From the IMG/VR virus record IMGVR_UViG_3300035670_012130, positions 32,001 to 96,000 of that record: DNA of 64,000 nt; one strand, 5' to 3'. The notes under the pieces were generated by a model. That model was not told where the DNA came from. It was given only the letters and a program-made list of their open reading frames with translations, and searched no databases. Positions within the stretch are counted from its first letter, which is position 1. Each line of letters begins with the position of its first letter. Below are positions 39,420 through 49,840 of the stretch, piece after piece. This stretch comes from a virus. A program made the position numbers and the translations under genes.

Positions 39420-42400
39420 ATGGCCACTTATAAAATAGATAGATCAAGCAGTTTACAATCAACTGGTAAATTTAAATTTGATTATCAAATTAATGTAATT
39501 GGAGATGATTTATTTGCTGGATTTTCTAATATTTATAATACTATATCAGCTGGAGCATTTCCAAAGTTCACACTAAAAGGTACTACTTTTTCCTTGTATG
39601 TTGGCGATACACCACCAAATACTGTTGGTGGGGATGCTAAGCCAGAAGGACATCCCTGGGCAGACAGAGGAGGATTCTACGGGTTTGGAAATTTTTTAGA
39701 TAGTGGAAGAAAATTATTAAAAATACCAATAACATTTCAAATACAATGTGAAGGCGCTATTTTACTTCCAAATGGCTCTGCTGACAAAGATTATTATGAA
39801 ACAATAATTTTGTATACTGAACCATATGATTTTATTAATAAACCAAATAAAAGTGCTTCTGGATCTATAGAAGGAGAATTTTTTGTAGGTTTAGGGACAA
39901 ATGAATTTGTTGACATAGATGAATATTATCCTTCAGAAAATTATTTTATAGGATCACCCGTATGTCCTGATAATGAAGATGAATTTTGGAAGAACAAAGA
40001 TTTAACACAAGAAACTGTTAGACAATGGCCTAAATATACGAGTTTGAACTGGTATGAATCAGTAGACCCAAAAACTAAATCATATGTTGGAATAAAAATA
40101 AAATTTACTAATCCAAAAGGGCAATTAACAACATATACAAAAACTTTTTTGATACAAAATCCTTTATTATTAGATATAGAATCTCAAGATAAAAAATTTA
40201 TTAATGCTTGGACGACAGTAAGCTCAAATTCAGGTTATATAAGTATATCAAGTAATATTCCTGTTGATTCTGGAGACCAAGATTTTGTCAAGAAAGAACA
40301 TTCTCAATGTGATACACAAAATTATAATTTGACTGCTTTTCCTGGAGCTTCTGCATCTGATAATCCAAAATGTACAGCCACAATAGATTTAGAGTCTGAT
40401 CCTCCTAGAAAAGTAACCTTTGAGTCGAAAACTTTCGATTGGAATAATACACATACTGATCCATTGACTGCATATATAGTTGGTTTTAATTCAGATGGTA
40501 AAAACAGAAAAAAGTTTAGAAATACAAACAGACTTATACCATTACCTACATATGCGACAATTACAACAAATTCTGGGAATGTTGGATTAATAGAACAAAC
40601 ATACAGATATAATTTTGGATCAATTCAAGTTAGAGAAGCTGATGGATTGTCAGCTTCTTCTAAAGTAATAGATTTTAATAATCAACAAAAATGGATTTAT
40701 GGTTTAGTTGACACAGTAAAATCCAAAGAACCATTAGACGATTTGGAAAGCCCACCAAAAAACTACGATTTTCCTATTAAGTTTGTAAGATCAGCTGATG
40801 GCTGTTATGATATTAATGAAACCAATAGAGAATTAACTTTAGATAAATATGATTTTCCAGGTTCGGTACCTTTGCCTTTAAGAGGTTGGAAATTCAACTC
40901 AATGTCTTTAACACAAAATAAAGAATTTATCATTGAAGGCACTGGGAATGTTAGATTTTACAATGGGTCTAAAGGCGAACCTCATTTTTATGGAAATCAA
41001 AATCTTTCTGGATATAGATATTTAGAGATTGAATTAAAATCTTTGGGTCAATTGCAAAGTGGCAATTTGATAATTACAGAAACATCAAAAGGTCCAACAT
41101 TACAATCAAGTTCAAAAATCGAATCTACTAAATCTTTTAAAATACAAACAGACTCATCTACATACAAAACATTACGAATTGATCTATGTAATCCTGACAA
41201 CAAGATAGATAATGTTGATAATCAAGATTCACCTTACCCAAGACTTAATACATACACTACATCTAAGCCACAAACTACTAGTCCATTTGGATATTTATCT
41301 AAAGAAAACAATCCAAAAGACAATTTTATAATAACCAAGCCTAATATTAATTCTGAATCATTAAATTGGATCACTGATGATATAAAACAAAAAATTAAGA
41401 ATTCTGGAATTGTGTATCTTACCGATTCCAATGATAATACTGTAGATTATTTTGAAGTAAATACAAGTGCATTTCCAAAAACTGGAATTGGTACCAATGT
41501 CATATTTGGCAAACCAAGGGTCAACAATGGCAAAATTAAATTAGCAAAACCTTGGAATGGAAATATACCAGATATTTCTCGTAAAGAATTATTTGTCTAT
41601 ATAGTAAAAAATGACCTTACAAATGGCAAAACAATAGATGATTTATTAAATCGAAGTTCTGATGGCACTTATCCTGATGAATTTGAAGTATATGACTTTG
41701 ACCCAGGTTTACCAGATATTTCAGAAGTAGTTTCTAAGACAACTTTTGATTTTACCGATGGTGCTGGAATTATTTATATAAATCCAATACCTTCTTATGA
41801 AAACAATCAAATAACACCTTATGATGGAATTGAAGTTGAAGATAAAACTAAAAACTTAGTAAAATCATACAAAATTGTCGATTATGTAAATGATATTGCA
41901 AATACTGGAAAAGCTTATTTTACAGTACAAATTCCTAATGATTACAATACAAATAACAAGTTTTCTATAGGTTCAACAATAAAATTAAAATTTTTAGATA
42001 ATTTTTCAGATGACAGATTCAATAGTATAATTGTGAAATTTAATAAAGTAGAAAAATATCAAAATTTTTACAGAGCACAAATTGAGTATGCTAAGTTAGA
42101 CAAAAATAGCCCACCTGATTATGAAGGCATACCAAAACTCAAGAACAATCAAACTTTCATTTTATCAGCAAATGCACCAATCATTACAGTCAAGCCAGTA
42201 AGACTAGTAGAAAAAACTTTCCCAATTAGTACTATCTTAAATACTAACTTGATTGCAAATTCACCATCTGGTCCCGAAATTAATGCTATTGATGATGCTC
42301 CTGAAGATGAAGCTTCTAACGGTCCTTATTATGGTATTTCTAGAATATCAAAAATTGAAATTGATAATGAACAATTGGTATTGGGACAGGCAAAATTAAT

Positions 42401-45400
42401 TCGAAATAATTCTTTGAGTAACTTTGTCGCATCTGGAAACAATAATACTTTTGTTGAAAAAACCAAATACCAAGCTTCAAGCACATCTGAAACTCAGTAT
42501 TACACAAGAAGATTTTGGCAACAAAACACTGATGGAAGGGATGAAGAAGAAGGCGATATAACTTGGCAAAATATTATCACATCTAATTTAGATTACTGGA
42601 CTTTGTCTCCAAAATCTATATCAGGTTTGTGTGATGATATTACAAAGATTGATTCTTATGTCAATCCAAGGTGGTTAGATCCAAATAATTCTGAAGCAAA
42701 AATTATAAGACATCCAGGATGGCAAGCTAAAAAATTTGATAAAAGCTATCCTACAGATCCAATTACTGGAAATAGAATATATGGAAATAAGTTAGATCCA
42801 GAATATTTAAATTCAGATACAGGCTATGCTACTTGGGTTTATGGTAATGGACTTTTAGCATTGCCTAGTGGTAAAAACAGTGGCTCTGGAACTTCATATG
42901 TCAATGCAATAAATATTTCTTTTAATGATTTACAAACAATTTTAGCACAAACTATCTTCCATAGAATTAATGGAAATTTTCCACCAGGTAAACCAGATTT
43001 ATTTGGGAATTCTTCTTTAAGAAATGAAGATGGAACAGTTCAAGAATCTACATTGCATTTGCGTGGGGGTTTTATTGCAAGAGGACCAGGATATGGACTA
43101 ATCCTACCTCCTCAAAAAAGTACCGCTGACAACTTAAGAAAAGCAAACTTAATTGAAGTTTCATCAAAACTAAATAAAGGATCATCTGAATCTGATGCAA
43201 AGGGTTATTTTGAAACTGGTTCTGTTTATGGGAAAAATAAAATTGACCATTATATAGAATTAGAAAAGTCCAAAAACTTTACAACGCCATCGGATTTTAG
43301 AAGTTCTACACGAAATTTTTCTCAAGCAAAAAGAGAACGAGCAGCTTATAAGGGTGGAAAACAAAGTGTTGCTACAAATATTTCTGCTTGTGAATCAGGT
43401 TTTGAAAAATCTATAGTAATAGCATATACCATCCCTACTACAAAGCCTGGTGAAGAAAATCAAACAGCAATCATTCAAACTGATTCATTCTTCACTCAAC
43501 AATATGAAAAGTATCCTGTTGGATATAATACAATTACTGGTTCTGGAGTAACAATCAAGGGTGAATTTCCATTTGTATTAGGCTCAGAAACGCATATAAA
43601 TCAAGCATTTAGAGTAAATACTTTTTTATTGACTGAAAGAAACTCAAATACAAAAGCTACAAGTTCTCACGATTACGAATCCTTAATTGCTGCAAATACC
43701 GATATGAGAAATAAACTTTCTTGGTATCCATTTATTGACGGACAATCAAAGATAGATGCAAATTTTTCTACTCTATCGAAAGCTTTTAAGGGAACGAAAT
43801 ATAATTCTTATGCAATTTCAGATCAAGCCCCTCAATTATTTAATGTAGGTTATGCTGATCCTGGTGCAATTGTTTTTAGATCAATCTCTTTAAGTACCAC
43901 TAATATTAATGCTCCAGTCACTGATAAAACAATTTTTATTGATGGTGTTGCTCCAACATATATTTCTGATTTTAGATTGATAGAACCAATCACATCATCT
44001 GGAATTGCATATTCATCATTTCCAACAGTGGCACAAATATCTTCTAGAGAATATATTGTCGCTTATTCAATGAATGCAAATCCAAGGCAGATTAATTTTA
44101 AGATAATTTCAAATTATCAAGCACAAAATAAAAATACGCTTTTTGATTTGGATGCTCTTACTGGAAATACTCTGTCTGACCAATATAATATCTATGGATT
44201 AACTTCTGATTATGATGAAAGATTAGGATTACATAGATCAGTATTTTGGTGCAATGGTGGAATTTATTATTTTGAATATGCACTTTCATCTAGTAATTTG
44301 GGGCAAAAAAGATCTGATAAATTACATCTAATTAAAGGTAAGTTAGATGAAGCTCTAGTTACAGAATTAAGTAACAGAAACAATATTGTCACTTATTATG
44401 ATGCTAATAGTGAACTCAACGCTGAAGTGCCCAAACAAAAACCTGCCTTAATTACTTGCAAAAAACAAGAGTATAATGGAAAAGTTTTTGTAGCTTATGA
44501 TACGGGCAAATGTTATATAGAAGCAGTTTTATTTCATCCTTTTTCAAAGATATTAGGTACTAGAAAGTTTGACATTGAATGTGTTAATGATTCAGGTTCA
44601 AATTTAAAAGATACAACCCCAATAGCAGATATTCAAGCAGATCCTACAAGCGGACAATCAGCATTATTAGTAAACTTTTTGTCAACAAATTCGTATGATC
44701 CTGGTGGTAGTACTCTTACTTATGCTTGGAACTTTGGTGATGAAACTCAATCTACTGAAGAAAATCCATCACATACTTTTGTAAATAATACAACAACACC
44801 AATTGAATTCAAGGTAACTCTTATCGTTACGAACACAAGTGGTGTAAGTAGTGATCCAGCTACAATCACAATTACAGTAAATCCAGCTCCAGTAAATAAT
44901 CTTTCTCCACAAGCTAAATTTTCTGCAACACCTACTTCTGGGGATGTAATCTTAACTGTTTCATTCTCAGACCAATCTAACCCAGCAAACGATGGTTCTT
45001 TCATACAGATATATGAATGGGATTTTGGAGATGGAAACACAGCAATCAAATTTGATAACGTGCCATTTACCTATGATTACACAAAAGTAGGTTCATTCAC
45101 TCCAACTCTTTTTGTCAAAGATAATTTAGCAAGATTGTCAAGCAAATATTTTGGTCCTACAATCAATGTGAATGGTGTACCTAACAATCCACCATCACCA
45201 GATTTTAAGTGGGCTCAAACATCATTTACACCAACATTAAAAGTGCAGTTTACGGACACTTCTAGTGATGTTGAAGGTTCTTTAGTTGCTTGGCATTGGG
45301 ATTTTGGAGATAGTCAAACCGCCGATGTGCAGAATCCAGAGCACATATATGCTTCTGCTGGCACATATCTAGTAGTTCTTACTGTGACAGATTCTGGAGG

Positions 45401-48400
45401 ATTGAAAGAATCAGTTGCAATTCAAATTACTGTAGTTCCACCAGGTAATAATCCACCTATAGCTAACTTCTCATTTTCACAACAGAATAGAAAATTGGTT
45501 ATTGACTTTGTTGATACGTCTTTAGATACAGATGGAACAATAACTACTTGGAATTGGAATTTTGGTGATAATTCTACTGACACTGTGCAAAATCCATCTC
45601 ACACTTATTTGTCAGCTGGAACATATCAAGTTACTCTTACGGTCACTGACAATGGCGGAAAATCAGGTTCTATAACAAAAAATGTAATTGTCAATCCATT
45701 AATTAATCAATCACCAACTATTTCAAATATTACAGGTACCCAGACAAGCTTCAAACCTTTAATTGGTAAATTTACTGAAACATCTTCTGACCCTGATGGA
45801 TTTATAACTAAATGGGATTGGAATTTTGGAGATGGTCATACATTCTCAACTACAGATTCTGCGCTCAAGAATCCATCAAATACTTATTTATTCCCGGGCA
45901 CATATACAGTTTCTTTAACAGTTACTGATGATGGCTTGCCTGATGGAACAAATAAAAAAACTGCAACTTCATCAATTCAATTTGTTGTTGAACCACCTCC
46001 AGCTAATCAACCACCTGTAGCTTTGTTTACAGTTGATGCTAATAATGTTTTGGCGCCAGCAACAATCTTGTTTACAGATCTGTCTACTGATTCAGACGGG
46101 CAAATAATAAGTTGGCTTTGGGAGTTTGAGTCTGGAAGCACTTTATTCTACAATTCTCAAACATATCAGAAAACCGTATCTCATACTTTCACAAGATCAG
46201 GTACTTATCCAATTAGATTGACTGTAACCGATGATGGCAATTTAAAGAACACATATATTTTAGATGTAGTAGTTAAAAATAATGCTCCGGTTGCAATAAT
46301 TTCAGCTTTTCCAAATCCAGTATTGTCTAAAACCCAAGTAAATTTCTTTGGAAATACTTCTTATGATTCTGACGGAAATATCACAAAATATGCTTGGAAC
46401 TTTGGTGATGGTACAGTTATATCTCAAGGAAGAACAACTGAATCTCATACATATCTTAAACCAGGAACATATCAAGCTTCACTAACTGTCACTGATAATA
46501 CAGGCGACAGTTCAACAGCCAATTTGTTGATCAATGTTGCTAATAGAAATCCTGTAGCGAGAATAACTTACACCACTTTGACTGTAAAAGCACCAGGAAG
46601 TCTAACATTCAACGGAGATACTTCCACAGACGAAGATGGAATAATAGCTTCTTATAGTTGGAGTGTAGCTGGTTCCGTTGTTGCATCAACTCCTAACACA
46701 ACAATCAATTTTGCTACAGAAGGGACATATGTAGTTTCCCTCACTGTAACTGATGATTTTGGCGCTACTAACACTTCAAGCTTTTCAGTTAGTGTTACCC
46801 CACCTGACAATATACTACCACTTGCTGTTCTTTCAGTAGATAAAAATTCTGGAGTGATAAATGATACATTTGTTTTTAATGTATCGGAATCAAGAGACCC
46901 AGACGGTTCTATCATTTTGTATCAATTGGATTTTGGTGATGGCACTTCTACACAGTTTGTAAATTCTGCACCAATTTCTCACGTTTATAAAACAGTAGGT
47001 TCTTACACAGCTAAATTAACTGTAACTGACAATAGGAATGGAATCAGCTTAGAAACTACCAATTCTATCAAAATTATCACTATCAATAATCAACCTCCTG
47101 TAGCAAGTTTTTCATATAGTCCTGTAGGCGCATTTACATTTGATCCTATTACATTCACAGATAATTCAAGTGATCCAGAAAATGCTTTATCTAGATGGTC
47201 CTGGGATTATGGCGATGGAACTAATTTTACAACCACCGATCCATTGCAAAAAAACCCAACCAAGTCTTACAATAAAGGCAACAGAAATTACACTGTATCT
47301 CTTACTGTGTATGATAACTTTGGATTATCAAATACAATATCTCAAATTGTAAGCATAAATAATAGAAAACCATTTGCTGTAATTTCAACTAACAGCACCC
47401 CAAGAAATAATGTAATTACAGGTATTGCTCCATTCACTGTAATATTTGATTCAAATTCTTATGATCTTGATGGCACAGTTGTAAATTATGAATGGTATAT
47501 AAATGGTTTAGTAGGAACACCTTTTACTACCAAATCTTTCACTTATACTTTCAGTACAGCAAGATTCACTCCATATTCTGTGACATTAAGAGTACAAGAT
47601 GATGATGGTGTTTGGAGTGACTTGACCAATATTGGTGTGAAAGTAAATGCTCCAAACGTTCCACCAGTTGCAGTTATATCAGCGAACCCTCAATCAAATA
47701 CAAGTTTTGCTCCGATTTCTGTAACTTTCTCTGCTGCTGGAAGTTATGATCCTGATAATATCGGAGGACCATTAATTTATTCTTGGGATTTTGGAAATGG
47801 AAATGTTTCAGATCAAACTATTGCTGCAACAACTTATAATAATCCAGGAACATACAAAGTTTATCTTACTGTTACAGATAATTTAGGTGCAACAAATACT
47901 GCAACTCTTGATTATATTGTCAAAAATAATAAACCAGTGGCATTATTGGATACATTACCATCTGGAATAGTATCAATAAGAGTAAACACACCTATAGTTT
48001 TTACTTCTTCTGGAAGTTATGATTCTGATGCAAATCAATTCATCAATGGATATAAATGGCTGAAAGATGGTATCAATCAAAATTCTAATACTCCAACTTT
48101 TGAAACATCATTTGATAGTATAGGCAATCACACAATTACTTTAAGTGTGTTTGATAATTTAGGTTTGGAATCTAATACAGTTAACAAAACTATATTTGTA
48201 TTCCAAGATCCTGCACCTCCACCACCAAATCAAAACCCAATAGCAATACTAGGAAATGAGCCTAGTGTTTCAGGATACATTGAACTTAAGGTAGGAGACA
48301 GTTTTACTTTCAATGGCTCTAATTCTTATGACCCAGAAGATGGATCAGATATAACATTTGAATGGTCAATTGATGGTGTAAAGTCAGGATACAATTCAAC

Positions 48401-49805
48401 TTTTGTCAATAAATTTAATACAATTGGAATATTTGCTGTAAGTTTGGTTGTTTATGATACGCAAAAATTATCTTCAACTCCGGCAACTAATTTAGGAAAT
48501 AGATATTCTGTAAATGTAAATGTTTCTGCTGCTCAAAATCCTTTAGCAAATAAATTATTCTCATCAGGACAAGCGTTAAATGGAGCGATAGCAAGTGGTT
48601 CTAATACACCAAATAGATATGGTTTTGAACTAGTTGATGATACAAAACAATACACTATAATTGAAAGTGGTCTTTACCATACATTTGCTGTTGATGTAGA
48701 TGGAAAACTTTATGCAAGTGGGTCAAATAGTAATGGTCAACTTGGTTTCCCATCAAATATTACTCAATTAAATTCTTTGACTTTAGTACCTTTAGCATCC
48801 AAATACAAAGTCATCAAAGTTTCTGCTGGAGATTATTGCTCGGCTATAATTGTAGAAGATACAACTATTAGCAAAAGAGTTTTATTGGTTTGTGGTTCTA
48901 ATATAAATGGAATTTTTGGTCAAGCATTACCAAAAACAAATATATATAGTTTTCAGCCTATTATTGAAAGAGGTTATAATTTTATCGGACCAAGTTACAC
49001 ATCAAATAATGGCTTACTTGATGTATCTTGCAATTCTTATATTCTTGCCTTTACTGATAATAAACAAGTATGGGTAGCTGGAAATCATGGATATACAAAC
49101 AAAAATGGAATAGTTGATACTGGCTTTTTCCCTATTAATATAGATCCTAATCCAGATTTGCAACTTGTAAGTACAAATTATCTCAACCCATTCAAATTAG
49201 AAGTTGGATTTAATAATGAGTCAGGTTTTGTAACTGGACTTGGATACGATATTGATAGTCAAATAGTATGGTTCTCAGGATTATCTACTTTGAGAGGTTG
49301 GGGATATGCTTATGATATATCAACATATGAAAATAGCATTGTAGTGATTACAGCATCACAAGATCCATATTATGATCACGCAATTTACCTGTATTTCTTT
49401 TCATCAAGTGAAGTTCCTCAATTTAACGTTAGCGCAGGATTAGCATCTGACTTAAATCCTGGTGAAAATTTCTTAAGAGTATCAACGGGTAAATTTGGAT
49501 ATTTAGCTTTATCTGAAAGACTTTTTTATCCTTATGGTCTTAATGATTTTGGACAACTCGGATATGTTCAATCGGTTTCAAGCTCAAATTCTTTAAATTT
49601 ACAATATGGTCATGGCTCTGGAATAGTTCTGCCTAATATGAGTGTAAAAGAAATATCTGATATTTCTGCTGGTGGAAATCATTCAATAATCTTAGCATCT
49701 AATGTAAGACCATCATCATATTCATTTACAATCACTAAACCAGGTGGATATGCTACAGATCCTCAATATCCAACTGCTTATCCAATTAATCAAATAGCCC
49801 AGTAA
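39420..49805 (+). CDS. Giant virion/adhesion protein: unique N-terminal half, 14 PKD repeats, C-terminal RCC1/BLIP-II-like propeller
   Basis: Repeated P.A.F...W.W[DN]FGDG...P.H.Y...G.Y.V.LTVTD..G units; SGSNSNGQLG, ISAGGNHS and ESGLYHT RCC1 motifs. Confidence 0.85.
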   Translation: MATYKIDRSSSLQSTGKFKFDYQINVIGDDLFAGFSNIYNTISAGAFPKFTLKGTTFSLYVGDTPPNTVGGDAKPEGHPWADRGGFYGFGNFLDSGRKLLKIPITFQIQCEGAILLPNGSADKDYYETIILYTEPYDFINKPNKSASGSIEGEFFVGLGTNEFVDIDEYYPSENYFIGSPVCPDNEDEFWKNKDLTQETVRQWPKYTSLNWYESVDPKTKSYVGIKIKFTNPKGQLTTYTKTFLIQNPLLLDIESQDKKFINAWTTVSSNSGYISISSNIPVDSGDQDFVKKEHSQCDTQNYNLTAFPGASASDNPKCTATIDLESDPPRKVTFESKTFDWNNTHTDPLTAYIVGFNSDGKNRKKFRNTNRLIPLPTYATITTNSGNVGLIEQTYRYNFGSIQVREADGLSASSKVIDFNNQQKWIYGLVDTVKSKEPLDDLESPPKNYDFPIKFVRSADGCYDINETNRELTLDKYDFPGSVPLPLRGWKFNSMSLTQNKEFIIEGTGNVRFYNGSKGEPHFYGNQNLSGYRYLEIELKSLGQLQSGNLIITETSKGPTLQSSSKIESTKSFKIQTDSSTYKTLRIDLCNPDNKIDNVDNQDSPYPRLNTYTTSKPQTTSPFGYLSKENNPKDNFIITKPNINSESLNWITDDIKQKIKNSGIVYLTDSNDNTVDYFEVNTSAFPKTGIGTNVIFGKPRVNNGKIKLAKPWNGNIPDISRKELFVYIVKNDLTNGKTIDDLLNRSSDGTYPDEFEVYDFDPGLPDISEVVSKTTFDFTDGAGIIYINPIPSYENNQITPYDGIEVEDKTKNLVKSYKIVDYVNDIANTGKAYFTVQIPNDYNTNNKFSIGSTIKLKFLDNFSDDRFNSIIVKFNKVEKYQNFYRAQIEYAKLDKNSPPDYEGIPKLKNNQTFILSANAPIITVKPVRLVEKTFPISTILNTNLIANSPSGPEINAIDDAPEDEASNGPYYGISRISKIEIDNEQLVLGQAKLIRNNSLSNFVASGNNNTFVEKTKYQASSTSETQYYTRRFWQQNTDGRDEEEGDITWQNIITSNLDYWTLSPKSISGLCDDITKIDSYVNPRWLDPNNSEAKIIRHPGWQAKKFDKSYPTDPITGNRIYGNKLDPEYLNSDTGYATWVYGNGLLALPSGKNSGSGTSYVNAINISFNDLQTILAQTIFHRINGNFPPGKPDLFGNSSLRNEDGTVQESTLHLRGGFIARGPGYGLILPPQKSTADNLRKANLIEVSSKLNKGSSESDAKGYFETGSVYGKNKIDHYIELEKSKNFTTPSDFRSSTRNFSQAKRERAAYKGGKQSVATNISACESGFEKSIVIAYTIPTTKPGEENQTAIIQTDSFFTQQYEKYPVGYNTITGSGVTIKGEFPFVLGSETHINQAFRVNTFLLTERNSNTKATSSHDYESLIAANTDMRNKLSWYPFIDGQSKIDANFSTLSKAFKGTKYNSYAISDQAPQLFNVGYADPGAIVFRSISLSTTNINAPVTDKTIFIDGVAPTYISDFRLIEPITSSGIAYSSFPTVAQISSREYIVAYSMNANPRQINFKIISNYQAQNKNTLFDLDALTGNTLSDQYNIYGLTSDYDERLGLHRSVFWCNGGIYYFEYALSSSNLGQKRSDKLHLIKGKLDEALVTELSNRNNIVTYYDANSELNAEVPKQKPALITCKKQEYNGKVFVAYDTGKCYIEAVLFHPFSKILGTRKFDIECVNDSGSNLKDTTPIADIQADPTSGQSALLVNFLSTNSYDPGGSTLTYAWNFGDETQSTEENPSHTFVNNTTTPIEFKVTLIVTNTSGVSSDPATITITVNPAPVNNLSPQAKFSATPTSGDVILTVSFSDQSNPANDGSFIQIYEWDFGDGNTAIKFDNVPFTYDYTKVGSFTPTLFVKDNLARLSSKYFGPTINVNGVPNNPPSPDFKWAQTSFTPTLKVQFTDTSSDVEGSLVAWHWDFGDSQTADVQNPEHIYASAGTYLVVLTVTDSGGLKESVAIQITVVPPGNNPPIANFSFSQQNRKLVIDFVDTSLDTDGTITTWNWNFGDNSTDTVQNPSHTYLSAGTYQVTLTVTDNGGKSGSITKNVIVNPLINQSPTISNITGTQTSFKPLIGKFTETSSDPDGFITKWDWNFGDGHTFSTTDSALKNPSNTYLFPGTYTVSLTVTDDGLPDGTNKKTATSSIQFVVEPPPANQPPVALFTVDANNVLAPATILFTDLSTDSDGQIISWLWEFESGSTLFYNSQTYQKTVSHTFTRSGTYPIRLTVTDDGNLKNTYILDVVVKNNAPVAIISAFPNPVLSKTQVNFFGNTSYDSDGNITKYAWNFGDGTVISQGRTTESHTYLKPGTYQASLTVTDNTGDSSTANLLINVANRNPVARITYTTLTVKAPGSLTFNGDTSTDEDGIIASYSWSVAGSVVASTPNTTINFATEGTYVVSLTVTDDFGATNTSSFSVSVTPPDNILPLAVLSVDKNSGVINDTFVFNVSESRDPDGSIILYQLDFGDGTSTQFVNSAPISHVYKTVGSYTAKLTVTDNRNGISLETTNSIKIITINNQPPVASFSYSPVGAFTFDPITFTDNSSDPENALSRWSWDYGDGTNFTTTDPLQKNPTKSYNKGNRNYTVSLTVYDNFGLSNTISQIVSINNRKPFAVISTNSTPRNNVITGIAPFTVIFDSNSYDLDGTVVNYEWYINGLVGTPFTTKSFTYTFSTARFTPYSVTLRVQDDDGVWSDLTNIGVKVNAPNVPPVAVISANPQSNTSFAPISVTFSAAGSYDPDNIGGPLIYSWDFGNGNVSDQTIAATTYNNPGTYKVYLTVTDNLGATNTATLDYIVKNNKPVALLDTLPSGIVSIRVNTPIVFTSSGSYDSDANQFINGYKWLKDGINQNSNTPTFETSFDSIGNHTITLSVFDNLGLESNTVNKTIFVFQDPAPPPPNQNPIAILGNEPSVSGYIELKVGDSFTFNGSNSYDPEDGSDITFEWSIDGVKSGYNSTFVNKFNTIGIFAVSLVVYDTQKLSSTPATNLGNRYSVNVNVSAAQNPLANKLFSSGQALNGAIASGSNTPNRYGFELVDDTKQYTIIESGLYHTFAVDVDGKLYASGSNSNGQLGFPSNITQLNSLTLVPLASKYKVIKVSAGDYCSAIIVEDTTISKRVLLVCGSNINGIFGQALPKTNIYSFQPIIERGYNFIGPSYTSNNGLLDVSCNSYILAFTDNKQVWVAGNHGYTNKNGIVDTGFFPINIDPNPDLQLVSTNYLNPFKLEVGFNNESGFVTGLGYDIDSQIVWFSGLSTLRGWGYAYDISTYENSIVVITASQDPYYDHAIYLYFFSSSEVPQFNVSAGLASDLNPGENFLRVSTGKFGYLALSERLFYPYGLNDFGQLGYVQSVSSSNSLNLQYGHGSGIVLPNMSVKEISDISAGGNHSIILASNVRPSSYSFTITKPGGYATDPQYPTAYPINQIAQ
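44614..48530 (+). repeat. Tandem array of 14 PKD (Ig-like) domains
   Basis: Counted manually from W[DN]FGD-type cores; boundaries approximate. Confidence 0.8.
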
Positions 49806-49840
49806 AGGTGTAAACCCTTTTTATTTTTTATAATATTAAT

